DNA of 64,000 nucleotides from the NCBI RefSeq assembly GCF_003790525.1, contig NZ_CP033635.1; one strand, written 5' to 3'. Below the pieces are notes generated by a model. It did no database searches, was not told the origin of the DNA, and saw nothing but the letters and a program-made list of their open reading frames with translations. Shown piece after piece: positions 22,491-33,195 of the stretch (within the stretch, counting starts at the first letter, position 1; every line of letters starts with the position of its first letter). A program made the position numbers and the translations under genes. This DNA comes from Escherichia coli (GTDB taxonomy: Bacteria > Pseudomonadota > Gammaproteobacteria > Enterobacterales > Enterobacteriaceae).

Positions 22491-23608
22491 GCTTCACTCT
22501 CCTGCTGACGATACTGATACCACGCGGCGCACGCTCCTTCGGAGGAAACCATCAGCGCACCAAACGCGGTTTGAGGATTACAGGTGTTACCAAACAGCGG
22601 GCATTGATGCGGCTTACATTTGCCCGTTAATACTTCGCCACAACGTGCGCGCGGGTCATCGCAGACCTGCTGCGGTGCCGGGCGGAAATGCGCTTCGGCA
22701 TCGAATCGTTGATAATCCGGCGTCAGGTGTACACCAGAAGATTCAATCACGCCTAAGCCGCGCCATTCGCTGTCGCCGTTGACACAGAACACATCGGCAA
22801 TCGCCTGTTGCGCCAGCAGGTTACCGGCATCCGGCACCACCCGACGATACTGATTCTCTACCTTGCTGTGGGCCGCTATTTTCTGCTCCACCAGCATGAC
22901 CACGCCTTGCAGTAGATCAAGCGGTTCGAAACCAGCCACCACCAGCGGACGATGAAAATCGCTGGCGATAAAATTATAGGCATCAGTGCCGATCACCATA
23001 CTGACGTGGCCGGGCGCGAGGAACGCGTCGATACCGTTATCCGGCTGTTCCAGCAAACTGCGCAGTGTTGGGATGAGCGTAATGTGCTGGCAGAAGAAGT
23101 AAAAATTCTGCACATCGCGGGCTTTTGCCTGTTGCAGAGTGATGGCGGTGGTCGGCATGGTGGTTTCAAAACCCAAGCCGAAGAACACCACTTTGCGGGT
23201 TGGATTCTCCTGCGCCAGTTTCAACGCATCCATCGGCGAGTAAACGATGCGCACATCGGCACCGCGTGCCTTTGCCTGTAACAGCGAACCCTGTTTCCCT
23301 GGTACGCGCATGGCGTCGCCAAAGGTACAGAAGATGACTTCCGGATGGCTGGCAATCTCCACGCAGGTGTCGATTCTACCCATCGGCAGTACACACACCG
23401 GGCAACCGGGACCGTGGATAAACTCAACGTTTTCCGGCAGCAACTGGTCGAGGCCGAATTTAAAAATGGCGTGGGTATGACCGCCACACACTTCCATAAT
23501 CCGCAGAGGGCGTTCGGCGGTGTAAGAGAGATGTGAAGCACGTTCGCGCAGATGCTCAATTAACTGCATCACCTGTTCCGGCGCGCGATATTCATCAACA
23601 AAACGCAT
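22487..23608 (-). CDS. hypD: Hydrogenase maturation protein HypD
   Basis: 373-aa ORF with CGGxH and CPVC motifs; overlaps hypE and hypC. Confidence 0.95.
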   Translation of the reverse strand: MRFVDEYRAPEQVMQLIEHLRERASHLSYTAERPLRIMEVCGGHTHAIFKFGLDQLLPENVEFIHGPGCPVCVLPMGRIDTCVEIASHPEVIFCTFGDAMRVPGKQGSLLQAKARGADVRIVYSPMDALKLAQENPTRKVVFFGLGFETTMPTTAITLQQAKARDVQNFYFFCQHITLIPTLRSLLEQPDNGIDAFLAPGHVSMVIGTDAYNFIASDFHRPLVVAGFEPLDLLQGVVMLVEQKIAAHSKVENQYRRVVPDAGNLLAQQAIADVFCVNGDSEWRGLGVIESSGVHLTPDYQRFDAEAHFRPAPQQVCDDPRARCGEVLTGKCKPHQCPLFGNTCNPQTAFGALMVSSEGACAAWYQYRQQESEA

Positions 23609-23880
23609 TATTTTTCCTCGCCATACAACAGCGCACCGACATCCGGCTCAACGTCAAACATGTTTTGTAAGGCGTCGAGAGTGTCGCGCGCTTCGGCTTC
23701 ATTAATTACGCTCATGGCAAAGCCAACGTGAACCAGTACCCACTGGCCTACGCGTGGCTGACCGTTTTCATCGCAGCTGCCGACTAACGTTAAATCGACA
23801 TCGCGCTGAATGCCGCAGACGTCGACTTTCGCCTGGTTGCCGTCAATGGTGCGGATCTGGCCGGGAACGCCTATGCACAT
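23608..23880 (-). CDS. hypC: Hydrogenase maturation chaperone HypC
   Basis: Start trimmed to [14 protein letters not shown] (90 aa), the invariant HypC N-terminus. Confidence 0.92.
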   Translation of the reverse strand: MCIGVPGQIRTIDGNQAKVDVCGIQRDVDLTLVGSCDENGQPRVGQWVLVHVGFAMSVINEAEARDTLDALQNMFDVEPDVGALLYGEEK

Positions 23881-24743
23881 CGCTGTGTCTCCAGCCAGTT
23901 CAGCCACTGGTCCATCCCTTCGCCGCTGGTGGCGGAAATAAGGATGATTTCAATTTCTGGATTGACTTCGCGGGCGCAGGCGATGCACTTCTCAACGTCA
24001 AAGTTGAGATACGGCAGCAGGTCAACTTTGTTGAGCAGCATCAGTGAGGCGGCGGCAAACATATGTGGATATTTCAGCGGTTTGTCTTCACCTTCGGTAA
24101 CGGAAAGCACCGCCACTTTGTGTTTTTCACCGAGATCGAAGCTCGCCGGACATACGAGGTTGCCAACGTTTTCGATAAACAGAATACCGTTATCGTCCAG
24201 TGGCAGGCGCGGCGCGGCGTCGGCGATCATCTGTGCGTCAAGATGGCAACCTTTACCGGTATTCACCTGAATCGCTGGTGTGCCGGTAGCACGAATGCGT
24301 GCGGCATCGTTCACGGTTTGCTGATCGCCTTCAATAACCGCGCACGGAACGCTGTCTTTCAGGCGCATTAAGGTTTCCGTCAGCAGGGTGGTTTTACCGG
24401 AACCAGGGCTGGAAACCAGGTTGAGCACCAGTTGCTTGCGGGCAGCAAAGCGCGCGCGGTTGCGTTCAGCCAGACGGTTGTTTTTGTCCAGCACGTCAAT
24501 TTCGACTTCCAGCATCCGACGCTGGCTCATGCCCGGCGCGTGAGTGCCCGCTTCGCCATGACCGTAATGCAGGTCGCCTTCTTCAGTCTGGCTGGGGGTA
24601 AATTCAGGCGCTTTAATGCCGGTGATTTTCATCTTCGGGCGTGCCGCCGGGGCAAATGGCGCGCTACGAAACGCGGAATGAGGGTTATGTTCATCACCCT
24701 CAATATAGAGGTTGCCTTCACCGCAACCGCATGTTGTACACAT
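23871..24743 (-). CDS. hypB: Hydrogenase nickel-incorporation GTPase HypB
   Basis: 290-aa ORF, N-terminal [10 protein letters not shown] metal-binding motif, P-loop GSGKTT. Confidence 0.95.
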   Translation of the reverse strand: MCTTCGCGEGNLYIEGDEHNPHSAFRSAPFAPAARPKMKITGIKAPEFTPSQTEEGDLHYGHGEAGTHAPGMSQRRMLEVEIDVLDKNNRLAERNRARFAARKQLVLNLVSSPGSGKTTLLTETLMRLKDSVPCAVIEGDQQTVNDAARIRATGTPAIQVNTGKGCHLDAQMIADAAPRLPLDDNGILFIENVGNLVCPASFDLGEKHKVAVLSVTEGEDKPLKYPHMFAAASLMLLNKVDLLPYLNFDVEKCIACAREVNPEIEIILISATSGEGMDQWLNWLETQRCA

Positions 24744-24746
24744 CGC

Positions 24747-25097
24747 TCACTCCTGGTCTATTTCTATCCGCCGAATCTGTAAACCGTCGTCTGCCACAAT
24801 CTGTAGCATGTCACCATGACACTGTGGACAGCGGCGGACGCGCTGGGTCAGTAGCGTCACATACTGTTGGCATGTTTCACACCAGCATTCGGCCTCTTGT
24901 TCTTCGAGGTGCAGTTTACAACCTTCCGCCATGCTGCCGCGGCAAACCAGATCAAAACAAAAGGCAAGAGAGCTGGTTTCGACACAAGAAAATGCGCCAA
25001 TTTTGAGCCAGACCCCAGTTACGCGTTTTGCGCCGTGTTTTGCGGCCTGCTGTTCGATCAATTCCAGTGCCCGTTGGCAGAGGGTTATTTCGTGCAT
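24747..25097 (-). CDS. hypA: Hydrogenase nickel-incorporation protein HypA
   Basis: Start trimmed to MHEITLCQ (116 aa); zinc-finger CxxC...CxxC. Confidence 0.93.
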   Translation of the reverse strand: MHEITLCQRALELIEQQAAKHGAKRVTGVWLKIGAFSCVETSSLAFCFDLVCRGSMAEGCKLHLEEQEAECWCETCQQYVTLLTQRVRRCPQCHGDMLQIVADDGLQIRRIEIDQE

Positions 25098-25124
25098 ATC
25101 GCCTCCCATTAACTATTGCCAGCT

Positions 25125-25141
25125 ACAAGCAATAATTGTGC
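25125..25141 (-). promoter_or_regulatory. Candidate sigma-54 (-24/-12) promoter for the hyp operon
   Basis: Minus-strand reading TGGCACAATTATTGCTT matches the TGGCAC-N5-TTGCW consensus, upstream of hypA. Confidence 0.6.
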
Positions 25142-25256
25142 CAGTGTTGATTATCCCTGCGGTGAATAATGTCGATGATGTCGAAATGACACGTCGACAC
25201 GGCGACGAAATTCATCTTTAGCTTAAAAATCTCTTTAATAACAATAAATTAAAAGT

Positions 25257-25273
25257 TGGCACAGAAAATGCTT
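25257..25273 (+). promoter_or_regulatory. Sigma-54 (-24/-12) promoter of the hyc operon
   Basis: TGGCACAGAAAATGCTT, GG and GC elements correctly spaced, about 40 bp upstream of hycA. Confidence 0.7.
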
Positions 25274-25308
25274 AAAGCTGGCATCTCTGTTAAACGGGTA
25301 ACCTGACA

Positions 25309-25770
25309 ATGACTATTTGGGAAATAAGCGAGAAAGCCGATTACATCGCACAGCGGCATCGTCGCCTACAGGACCAGTGGCACATCTACTGTAATTCGCT
25401 GGTTCAGGGGATCACGTTATCGAAAGCGCGCCTGCATCACGCCATGAGCTGCGCGCCGGACAAAGAACTCTGTTTCGTCCTTTTTGAACATTTTCGTATT
25501 TATGTCACCCTGGCGGATGGCTTTAACAGCCACACCATCGAGTATTACGTCGAAACAAAAGAGGGTGAAGACAAACAGTGGATTGCGCAGGCGCAACTGA
25601 GCATTGACGGCATGATTGATGGCAAGGTCAACATCCGCGATCGGGAACAGGTTCTGGAACACTATCTCGAAAAAATCGCTGGCGTTTACGACAGCTTATA
25701 TACCGCCATTGAAAACAATGTGCCGGTGAATTTAAGCCAACTGGTAAAGGGACAAAGCCCGGCAGCATGA
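25309..25770 (+). CDS. hycA: Formate hydrogenlyase regulatory protein HycA
   Basis: 153-aa ORF, recognised HycA. Confidence 0.93.
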   Translation: MTIWEISEKADYIAQRHRRLQDQWHIYCNSLVQGITLSKARLHHAMSCAPDKELCFVLFEHFRIYVTLADGFNSHTIEYYVETKEGEDKQWIAQAQLSIDGMIDGKVNIRDREQVLEHYLEKIAGVYDSLYTAIENNVPVNLSQLVKGQSPAA

Positions 25771-25894
25771 GCTGAGGCTTTGCCCGTTTTGCAGGCGTTA
25801 CGCCTGTTTGGGGATGGGCGTGTCGATGAGTGTCGAAAATGACATTTCATCGGCATGTTTTCGTCAAAAATGACAATCACCTGAGGAATGCCTG

Positions 25895-26506
25895 GTGAAT
25901 CGTTTTGTAATTGCTGACTCCACGCTCTGTATCGGCTGCCACACTTGTGAGGCTGCCTGTTCAGAGACGCATCGCCAGCACGGCCTGCAATCAATGCCGC
26001 GCCTGCGAGTGATGCTCAATGAAAAAGAATCTGCGCCGCAGCTCTGTCACCACTGTGAAGATGCGCCCTGTGCGGTGGTTTGCCCGGTTAACGCCATCAC
26101 CCGCGTTGATGGGGCCGTGCAGTTGAATGAAAGTCTGTGCGTAAGCTGCAAACTGTGCGGCATCGCCTGCCCGTTTGGCGCAATTGAATTTTCCGGCAGC
26201 CGTCCGCTGGATATTCCGGCAAACGCCAATACCCCGAAAGCGCCACCGGCACCGCCTGCTCCGGCGCGTGTCAGCACATTGCTTGACTGGGTGCCAGGTA
26301 TTCGCGCGATCGCCGTCAAATGTGACCTTTGTAGTTTTGATGAACAAGGTCCGGCCTGCGTGCGGATGTGCCCGACTAAAGCCCTGCATCTGGTGGATAA
26401 CACCGATATCGCCCGCGTCAGCAAACGTAAGCGTGAGCTGACTTTTAACACGGACTTTGGCGATCTCACCTTGTTTCAGCAGGCTCAAAGTGGAGAGGCT
26501 AAATGA
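25895..26506 (+). CDS. hycB: Formate hydrogenlyase 4Fe-4S ferredoxin subunit HycB
   Basis: 203-aa ORF with multiple CxxCxxCxxxCP motifs; GTG start with upstream GAGG. Confidence 0.93.
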   Translation: MNRFVIADSTLCIGCHTCEAACSETHRQHGLQSMPRLRVMLNEKESAPQLCHHCEDAPCAVVCPVNAITRVDGAVQLNESLCVSCKLCGIACPFGAIEFSGSRPLDIPANANTPKAPPAPPAPARVSTLLDWVPGIRAIAVKCDLCSFDEQGPACVRMCPTKALHLVDNTDIARVSKRKRELTFNTDFGDLTLFQQAQSGEAK

Positions 26507-28329
26507 GCGCAATTTCCCTGATCAATAGCGGCGTGGCGTGGTTTGTCGCCGCCGCTGTTCTGGCATTTCTCTTTTCTTTTCAAAAGGCGCTAAGCGGCTG
26601 GATAGCCGGAATTGGCGGCGCGGTTGGTAGCCTGTATACGGCAGCCGCGGGCTTTACTGTGCTGACTGGCGCGGTTGGCGTGAGCGGTGCGCTGTCGCTG
26701 GTAAGCTACGATGTGCAAATCTCTCCGCTTAACGCGATTTGGCTGATTACGCTCGGTCTGTGCGGTCTGTTTGTCAGCCTCTACAACATTGACTGGCATC
26801 GCCACGCGCAGGTGAAGTGCAACGGCTTGCAGATCAATATGTTGATGGCTGCCGCCGTCTGCGCCGTCATTGCCAGCAACCTCGGCATGTTCGTGGTAAT
26901 GGCCGAAGTCATGGCCTTGTGTGCGGTGTTCCTCACCAGCAACAGCAAAGAGGGCAAACTGTGGTTTGCGCTGGGGCGTCTTGGCACTCTGCTGCTGGCG
27001 ATTGCTTGCTGGCTGCTGTGGCAGCGTTACGGCACGCTGGATCTGCGCCTGCTGGATATGCGTATGCAACAGTTGCCGCTCGGTTCCGATATCTGGCTGC
27101 TCGGTGTGATTGGCTTTGGCCTGCTGGCCGGGATTATTCCGCTGCACGGCTGGGTGCCGCAGGCACATGCTAACGCCTCTGCGCCAGCTGCCGCGTTGTT
27201 TTCCACGGTAGTCATGAAAATTGGCCTGCTGGGCATTTTAACCCTGTCACTGCTGGGCGGTAATGCACCGCTGTGGTGGGGGATCGCACTGCTGGTACTC
27301 GGCATGATCACCGCATTCGTCGGCGGTCTGTATGCGTTGATGGAACATAATATCCAACGTCTGCTGGCTTACCACACCCTGGAGAATATCGGCATTATCC
27401 TGCTGGGGCTGGGCGCTGGCGTAACGGGTATCGCGCTCGAACAACCGGCGCTGATTGCCCTTGGTCTGGTCGGTGGTCTGTACCATCTGCTTAACCATAG
27501 CCTGTTCAAAAGCGTGCTTTTCCTCGGGGCGGGGAGCGTCTGGTTCCGTACCGGTCATCGCGATATCGAAAAACTCGGTGGTATTGGCAAGAAAATGCCG
27601 GTTATCTCCATCGCCATGTTAGTCGGGCTGATGGCAATGGCTGCGCTGCCGCCACTGAACGGGTTTGCCGGGGAATGGGTTATCTATCAATCCTTCTTCA
27701 AACTGAGCAATAGTGGCGCGTTTGTTGCCCGTCTTCTCGGGCCGCTGCTTGCCGTGGGGCTGGCAATTACCGGTGCGCTGGCGGTGATGTGTATGGCGAA
27801 AGTTTATGGCGTTACTTTCCTCGGCGCGCCGCGTACCAAAGAGGCCGAAAACGCCACCTGTGCGCCGCTCCTGATGAGCGTAAGCGTAGTGGCACTGGCG
27901 ATTTGCTGCGTAATTGGCGGTGTTGCTGCGCCGTGGCTACTGCCGATGCTCTCTGCTGCTGTACCTCTGCCGCTGGAGCCTGCTAACACCACCGTTTCTC
28001 AACCCATGATCACGTTGCTGCTGATTGCCTGCCCGCTGCTGCCATTCATCATTATGGCGATTTGCAAAGGCGATCGTTTGCCGTCGCGTTCCCGCGGCGC
28101 GGCCTGGGTGTGCGGCTACGATCATGAAAAATCAATGGTGATTACCGCTCACGGTTTTGCCATGCCGGTGAAACAGGCGTTTGCGCCGGTGCTGAAACTA
28201 CGCAAATGGCTGAATCCGGTGTCGCTGGTGCCGGGCTGGCAGTGCGAGGGGAGTGCGTTGCTGTTCCGCCGGATGGCGCTGGTTGAACTGGCGGTGCTGG
28301 TGGTGATTATTGTTTCACGAGGAGCCTGA
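26503..28329 (+). CDS. hycC: Formate hydrogenlyase membrane subunit HycC (NuoL-like)
   Basis: 608-aa polytopic membrane ORF. Confidence 0.93.
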   Translation: MSAISLINSGVAWFVAAAVLAFLFSFQKALSGWIAGIGGAVGSLYTAAAGFTVLTGAVGVSGALSLVSYDVQISPLNAIWLITLGLCGLFVSLYNIDWHRHAQVKCNGLQINMLMAAAVCAVIASNLGMFVVMAEVMALCAVFLTSNSKEGKLWFALGRLGTLLLAIACWLLWQRYGTLDLRLLDMRMQQLPLGSDIWLLGVIGFGLLAGIIPLHGWVPQAHANASAPAAALFSTVVMKIGLLGILTLSLLGGNAPLWWGIALLVLGMITAFVGGLYALMEHNIQRLLAYHTLENIGIILLGLGAGVTGIALEQPALIALGLVGGLYHLLNHSLFKSVLFLGAGSVWFRTGHRDIEKLGGIGKKMPVISIAMLVGLMAMAALPPLNGFAGEWVIYQSFFKLSNSGAFVARLLGPLLAVGLAITGALAVMCMAKVYGVTFLGAPRTKEAENATCAPLLMSVSVVALAICCVIGGVAAPWLLPMLSAAVPLPLEPANTTVSQPMITLLLIACPLLPFIIMAICKGDRLPSRSRGAAWVCGYDHEKSMVITAHGFAMPVKQAFAPVLKLRKWLNPVSLVPGWQCEGSALLFRRMALVELAVLVVIIVSRGA

Positions 28330-28331
28330 GA

Positions 28332-29255
28332 ATGAGTGTTTTATATCCGTTAATTCAGGCGCTGGTGTTATTTGCCGTTGCGCCGCTGCTCTCCGGTATA
28401 ACCCGCGTGGCGCGCGCCCGCTTGCATAACCGTCGCGGGCCGGGCGTGTTGCAGGAGTATCGCGACATTATCAAACTGCTGGGTCGCCAGAGCGTTGGCC
28501 CGGATGCCTCCGGCTGGGTGTTCCGCCTGACGCCGTATGTGATGGTGGGCGTCATGCTGACTATCGCCACTGCGCTGCCGGTGGTGACCGTCGGTTCTCC
28601 GCTGCCGCAACTGGGCGATTTGATCACCTTACTGTATCTCTTCGCCATCGCGCGTTTCTTCTTTGCCATTTCTGGTCTGGATACCGGTAGCCCGTTTACC
28701 GCTATCGGCGCGAGCCGTGAAGCGATGCTTGGCGTGTTGGTTGAACCGATGCTGCTGCTTGGTCTGTGGGTCGCCGCACAGGTTGCCGGTTCCACCAACA
28801 TCAGCAACATCACCGACACCGTTTATCACTGGCCACTGAGCCAGAGCATCCCGCTGGTGCTGGCGCTTTGTGCCTGTGCGTTCGCCACTTTTATCGAAAT
28901 GGGCAAACTGCCGTTCGACCTGGCGGAAGCCGAGCAGGAGTTGCAGGAAGGTCCGCTCTCTGAGTACAGCGGCAGCGGTTTTGGCGTCATGAAATGGGGC
29001 ATCAGCCTGAAACAGCTGGTGGTGTTGCAGATGTTCGTCGGGGTGTTTATTCCGTGGGGACAAATGGAAACCTTCACCGTCGGTGGGCTGCTGCTGGCAC
29101 TGGTGATTGCCATCGTCAAACTGGTGGTCGGCGTACTGGTTATCGCGCTGTTCGAAAACAGCATGGCCCGTCTGCGTCTTGATATTACTCCGCGCATTAC
29201 CTGGGCTGGGTTTGGCTTTGCATTTTTAGCGTTCGTCTCCTTGCTGGCGGCGTGA
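28332..29255 (+). CDS. hycD: Formate hydrogenlyase membrane subunit HycD (NuoH-like)
   Basis: 307-aa membrane ORF. Confidence 0.93.
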   Translation: MSVLYPLIQALVLFAVAPLLSGITRVARARLHNRRGPGVLQEYRDIIKLLGRQSVGPDASGWVFRLTPYVMVGVMLTIATALPVVTVGSPLPQLGDLITLLYLFAIARFFFAISGLDTGSPFTAIGASREAMLGVLVEPMLLLGLWVAAQVAGSTNISNITDTVYHWPLSQSIPLVLALCACAFATFIEMGKLPFDLAEAEQELQEGPLSEYSGSGFGVMKWGISLKQLVVLQMFVGVFIPWGQMETFTVGGLLLALVIAIVKLVVGVLVIALFENSMARLRLDITPRITWAGFGFAFLAFVSLLAA

Positions 29256-29272
29256 TTAAAGAGAGTTTGAGC

Positions 29273-30982
29273 ATGTCTGAAGAAAAATTAGGTCAACATT
29301 ATCTCGCCGCGCTGAATGAGGCATTTCCGGGCGTCGTGCTGGACCACGCCTGGCAGACCAAAGATCAGCTAACCGTCACCGTGAAGGTGAACTACCTGCC
29401 GGAAGTGGTGGAGTTTCTCTACTACAAACAAGGGGGCTGGCTGTCGGTGCTGTTTGGTAACGACGAACGCAAACTGAATGGTCATTACGCCGTTTACTAC
29501 GTGCTGTCGATGGAGAAGGGCACCAAATGCTGGATAACCGTGCGCGTCGAAGTTGACGCCAACAAACCGGAATATCCGTCCGTGACACCGCGCGTTCCGG
29601 CGGCGGTGTGGGGCGAGCGCGAAGTGCGCGATATGTACGGTTTGATTCCGGTAGGGCTTCCGGATGAACGTCGTCTGGTGCTGCCGGATGACTGGCCGGA
29701 TGAACTTTATCCGCTGCGTAAAGACAGCATGGATTATCGTCAGCGTCCGGCACCGACTACCGATGCTGAAACCTACGAGTTCATCAACGAACTGGGCGAC
29801 AAGAAAAACAATGTCGTGCCGATTGGTCCGCTGCACGTCACTTCTGACGAACCGGGTCACTTCCGTCTGTTCGTCGATGGCGAAAACATTATCGACGCCG
29901 ACTACCGCCTGTTCTATGTCCATCGCGGCATGGAAAAACTGGCGGAAACCCGCATGGGTTACAACGAAGTGACCTTCCTCTCTGACCGTGTGTGCGGGAT
30001 CTGCGGCTTTGCTCACAGCACCGCCTACACCACGTCGGTGGAAAACGCGATGGGTATTCAGGTGCCAGAACGTGCGCAGATGATCCGCGCCATTCTGCTG
30101 GAGGTGGAACGCCTGCACTCGCATCTGCTCAACCTCGGCCTGGCCTGTCACTTTACCGGCTTCGACTCCGGCTTTATGCAGTTCTTCCGCGTGCGTGAAA
30201 CCTCCATGAAAATGGCAGAGATCCTTACCGGTGCACGTAAAACCTACGGCCTGAACCTGATCGGCGGGATTCGTCGCGATCTGCTGAAAGACGACATGAT
30301 CCAGACCCGCCAGCTGGCACAACAGATGCGTCGTGAAGTGCAGGAGCTGGTGGATGTGCTGCTGAGCACACCGAACATGGAACAACGCACCGTCGGCATT
30401 GGTCGTCTGGACCCGGAAATCGCTCGCGACTTCAGTAACGTTGGCCCGATGGTCCGTGCCAGCGGTCATGCCCGTGATACCCGTGCCGATCACCCGTTTG
30501 TTGGTTATGGCCTGCTGCCAATGGAAGTCCACAGCGAGCAGGGCTGCGACGTTATTTCCCGTCTGAAAGTGCGTATCAACGAAGTCTATACCGCGCTGAA
30601 TATGATCGATTACGGTCTGGATAACCTGCCGGGCGGCCCGCTGATGGTGGAAGGCTTTACCTACATTCCGCACCGTTTCGCGCTGGGCTTTGCCGAAGCG
30701 CCGCGCGGCGACGATATCCACTGGAGCATGACCGGCGACAACCAGAAGCTGTACCGCTGGCGCTGCCGTGCGGCGACCTACGCAAACTGGCCGACCCTGC
30801 GCTACATGCTGCGCGGCAACACCGTTTCCGATGCGCCGTTGATTATCGGTAGCCTGGACCCTTGCTACTCCTGTACCGACCGCATGACCGTGGTCGATGT
30901 ACGTAAGAAGAAGAGCAAAGTGGTGCCGTACAAAGAACTCGAGCGCTACAGCATTGAGCGTAAAAACTCGCCGCTGAAATAA
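29273..30982 (+). CDS. hycE: Hydrogenase 3 large subunit HycE
   Basis: Start trimmed to MSEEKLGQHYL (569 aa); NiFe large-subunit motifs including RVCGICGFAH and C-terminal DPCYSCTDR. Confidence 0.95.
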   Translation: MSEEKLGQHYLAALNEAFPGVVLDHAWQTKDQLTVTVKVNYLPEVVEFLYYKQGGWLSVLFGNDERKLNGHYAVYYVLSMEKGTKCWITVRVEVDANKPEYPSVTPRVPAAVWGEREVRDMYGLIPVGLPDERRLVLPDDWPDELYPLRKDSMDYRQRPAPTTDAETYEFINELGDKKNNVVPIGPLHVTSDEPGHFRLFVDGENIIDADYRLFYVHRGMEKLAETRMGYNEVTFLSDRVCGICGFAHSTAYTTSVENAMGIQVPERAQMIRAILLEVERLHSHLLNLGLACHFTGFDSGFMQFFRVRETSMKMAEILTGARKTYGLNLIGGIRRDLLKDDMIQTRQLAQQMRREVQELVDVLLSTPNMEQRTVGIGRLDPEIARDFSNVGPMVRASGHARDTRADHPFVGYGLLPMEVHSEQGCDVISRLKVRINEVYTALNMIDYGLDNLPGGPLMVEGFTYIPHRFALGFAEAPRGDDIHWSMTGDNQKLYRWRCRAATYANWPTLRYMLRGNTVSDAPLIIGSLDPCYSCTDRMTVVDVRKKKSKVVPYKELERYSIERKNSPLK

Positions 30983-30991
30983 GGAATCGCC

Positions 30992-31534
30992 ATGTTTACC
31001 TTTATCAAAAAAGTCATCAAAACCGGCACGGCGACCTCGTCTTATCCGCTGGAGCCGATTGCGGTTGATAAAAACTTCCGTGGTAAGCCAGAGCAGAACC
31101 CGCAGCAGTGCATCGGCTGCTCGGCCTGCGTCAATGCCTGCCCGTCAAACGCCTTAACGGTTGAAACTGACCTCGCCACAGGAGAGCTTGCCTGGGAGTT
31201 TAATCTCGGGCGCTGCATCTTCTGTGGACGCTGCGAAGAAGTTTGCCCGACGGCGGCGATCAAACTGTCGCAAGAGTACGAACTGGCGGTGTGGAAGAAA
31301 GAAGACTTCCTGCAACAGTCCCGCTTCGCGCTGTGCAACTGTCGCGTCTGCAATCGTCCTTTCGCCGTCCAGAAAGAGATCGACTACGCCATTGCGCTGC
31401 TTAAGCACAACGGCGACAGCCGCGCGGAAAACCACCGCGAAAGCTTTGAGACTTGCCCGGAATGTAAGCGCCAGAAATGCCTGGTGCCGTCCGACCGTAT
31501 TGAACTGACTCGCCATATGAAAGAGGCCATCTGA
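30992..31534 (+). CDS. hycF: Formate hydrogenlyase iron-sulfur subunit HycF
   Basis: 180-aa ORF with two 4Fe-4S cysteine clusters. Confidence 0.93.
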   Translation: MFTFIKKVIKTGTATSSYPLEPIAVDKNFRGKPEQNPQQCIGCSACVNACPSNALTVETDLATGELAWEFNLGRCIFCGRCEEVCPTAAIKLSQEYELAVWKKEDFLQQSRFALCNCRVCNRPFAVQKEIDYAIALLKHNGDSRAENHRESFETCPECKRQKCLVPSDRIELTRHMKEAI

Positions 31535-32301
31535 TGAGCAATTTATTAGGCCCCCGTGACGCTAACGGCATTCCGGTCCCGATGACGGTGGATGAATCCA
31601 TCGCCAGCATGAAGGCGTCGTTACTGAAAAAAATCAAACGTTCTGCCTACGTTTACCGCGTGGACTGCGGCGGCTGCAACGGCTGTGAAATCGAAATTTT
31701 CGCCACGCTTTCGCCGCTGTTCGATGCAGAACGCTTCGGCATTAAAGTCGTCCCGTCACCGCGTCATGCGGATATTTTACTGTTTACCGGCGCGGTCACC
31801 CGTGCAATGCGATCCCCTGCGCTGCGTGCGTGGCAGTCCGCGCCGGACCCGAAAATCTGTATCTCCTACGGTGCCTGCGGTAACAGCGGCGGGATCTTCC
31901 ACGATCTCTACTGCGTGTGGGGCGGTACGGATAAAATCGTCCCGGTAGATGTCTACATCCCTGGCTGCCCGCCAACGCCAGCCGCTACGCTATACGGCTT
32001 TGCAATGGCGCTCGGCCTGCTGGAGCAGAAAATTCACGCCCGTGGCCCGGGTGAGCAGGATGAACAACCGGCGGAAATCCTTCATGGCGATATGGTGCAG
32101 CCGCTGCGTGTGAAAGTGGATCGCGAAGCACGCCGCCTGGCGGGTTATCGTTACGGTCGCCAGATTGCCGATGATTTCCTGACGCAATTAGGGCAGGGCG
32201 AAGAACAGGTTGCACGCTGGCTGGAAGCGGAAAACGATCCGCGTCTGAACGAGATTGTCAGCCATCTGAATCATGTTGTTGAAGAGGCGCGTATCCGATG
32301 A
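31534..32301 (+). CDS. hycG: Hydrogenase 3 small subunit HycG
   Basis: 255-aa ORF, NuoB-like cysteine motifs. Confidence 0.93.
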   Translation: MSNLLGPRDANGIPVPMTVDESIASMKASLLKKIKRSAYVYRVDCGGCNGCEIEIFATLSPLFDAERFGIKVVPSPRHADILLFTGAVTRAMRSPALRAWQSAPDPKICISYGACGNSGGIFHDLYCVWGGTDKIVPVDVYIPGCPPTPAATLYGFAMALGLLEQKIHARGPGEQDEQPAEILHGDMVQPLRVKVDREARRLAGYRYGRQIADDFLTQLGQGEEQVARWLEAENDPRLNEIVSHLNHVVEEARIR

Positions 32302-32708
32302 GTGAAAAGGTGGTGTTCAGTCAACTGAGCCGTAAATTTATTGATGAGAACGATGCCACGCCCGCCGAGGCGCAGCAGGTGGTCTATTACAGCCTGGCGA
32401 TTGGTCACCACCTTGGGGTTATCGATTGCCTGGAAGCGGCGCTCACCTGCCCGTGGGATGACTATCTGGCATGGATTGCCACTCTGGAGGCGGGCAGCGA
32501 AGCCCGCCGTAAAATGGAAGGCGTGCCGAAGTACGGTGAGATCGTCATCGACATTAACCATGTGCCGATGCTGGCTAACGCATTCGATAAAGCCCGGGCA
32601 GCGCAAACTTCGCAGCAGAAAGAATGGAGTACCATGCTGTTAAGTATGCTGCATGATATTTATCAGGAAAATGCCATCTATTTGATGGTGAGGAGATTGC
32701 GTGACTGA
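32298..32708 (+). CDS. hycH: Formate hydrogenlyase maturation protein HycH
   Basis: 136-aa ORF, recognised HycH. Confidence 0.92.
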   Translation: MSEKVVFSQLSRKFIDENDATPAEAQQVVYYSLAIGHHLGVIDCLEAALTCPWDDYLAWIATLEAGSEARRKMEGVPKYGEIVIDINHVPMLANAFDKARAAQTSQQKEWSTMLLSMLHDIYQENAIYLMVRRLRD

Positions 32709-33171
32709 CGTTTTACTCTGTGTTGGCAATAGCATGATGGGCGATGATGGCGCAGGCCCGCTGCTGGCGGAAAAGTGCGCCGCCGCGCCGAAAGGTAACT
32801 GGGTGGTGATTGACGGCGGTAGCGCACCGGAAAACGATATCGTCGCCATCCGTGAACTGCGCCCGACACGACTGCTGATTGTCGACGCCACGGATATGGG
32901 GCTAAACCCCGGCGAGATCCGCATCATCGACCCGGATGACATCGCCGAGATGTTTATGATGACTACCCATAACATGCCGCTGAACTACCTTATCGACCAG
33001 TTGAAAGAAGACATTGGCGAAGTGATTTTCCTCGGCATCCAGCCGGATATCGTCGGCTTTTACTACCCGATGACCCAGCCGATTAAAGATGCGGTGGAAA
33101 CCGTTTATCAACGTCTGGAAGGCTGGGAAGGGAATGGCGGCTTCGCGCAGTTAGCGGTGGAAGAAGAGTAG
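32701..33171 (+). CDS. hycI: Hydrogenase 3 maturation endopeptidase HycI
   Basis: 156-aa ORF, N-terminus [20 protein letters not shown]. Confidence 0.93.
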   Translation: MTDVLLCVGNSMMGDDGAGPLLAEKCAAAPKGNWVVIDGGSAPENDIVAIRELRPTRLLIVDATDMGLNPGEIRIIDPDDIAEMFMMTTHNMPLNYLIDQLKEDIGEVIFLGIQPDIVGFYYPMTQPIKDAVETVYQRLEGWEGNGGFAQLAVEEE

Positions 33172-33195
33172 TTTTTCAGTAAGGAATTCAGGGAA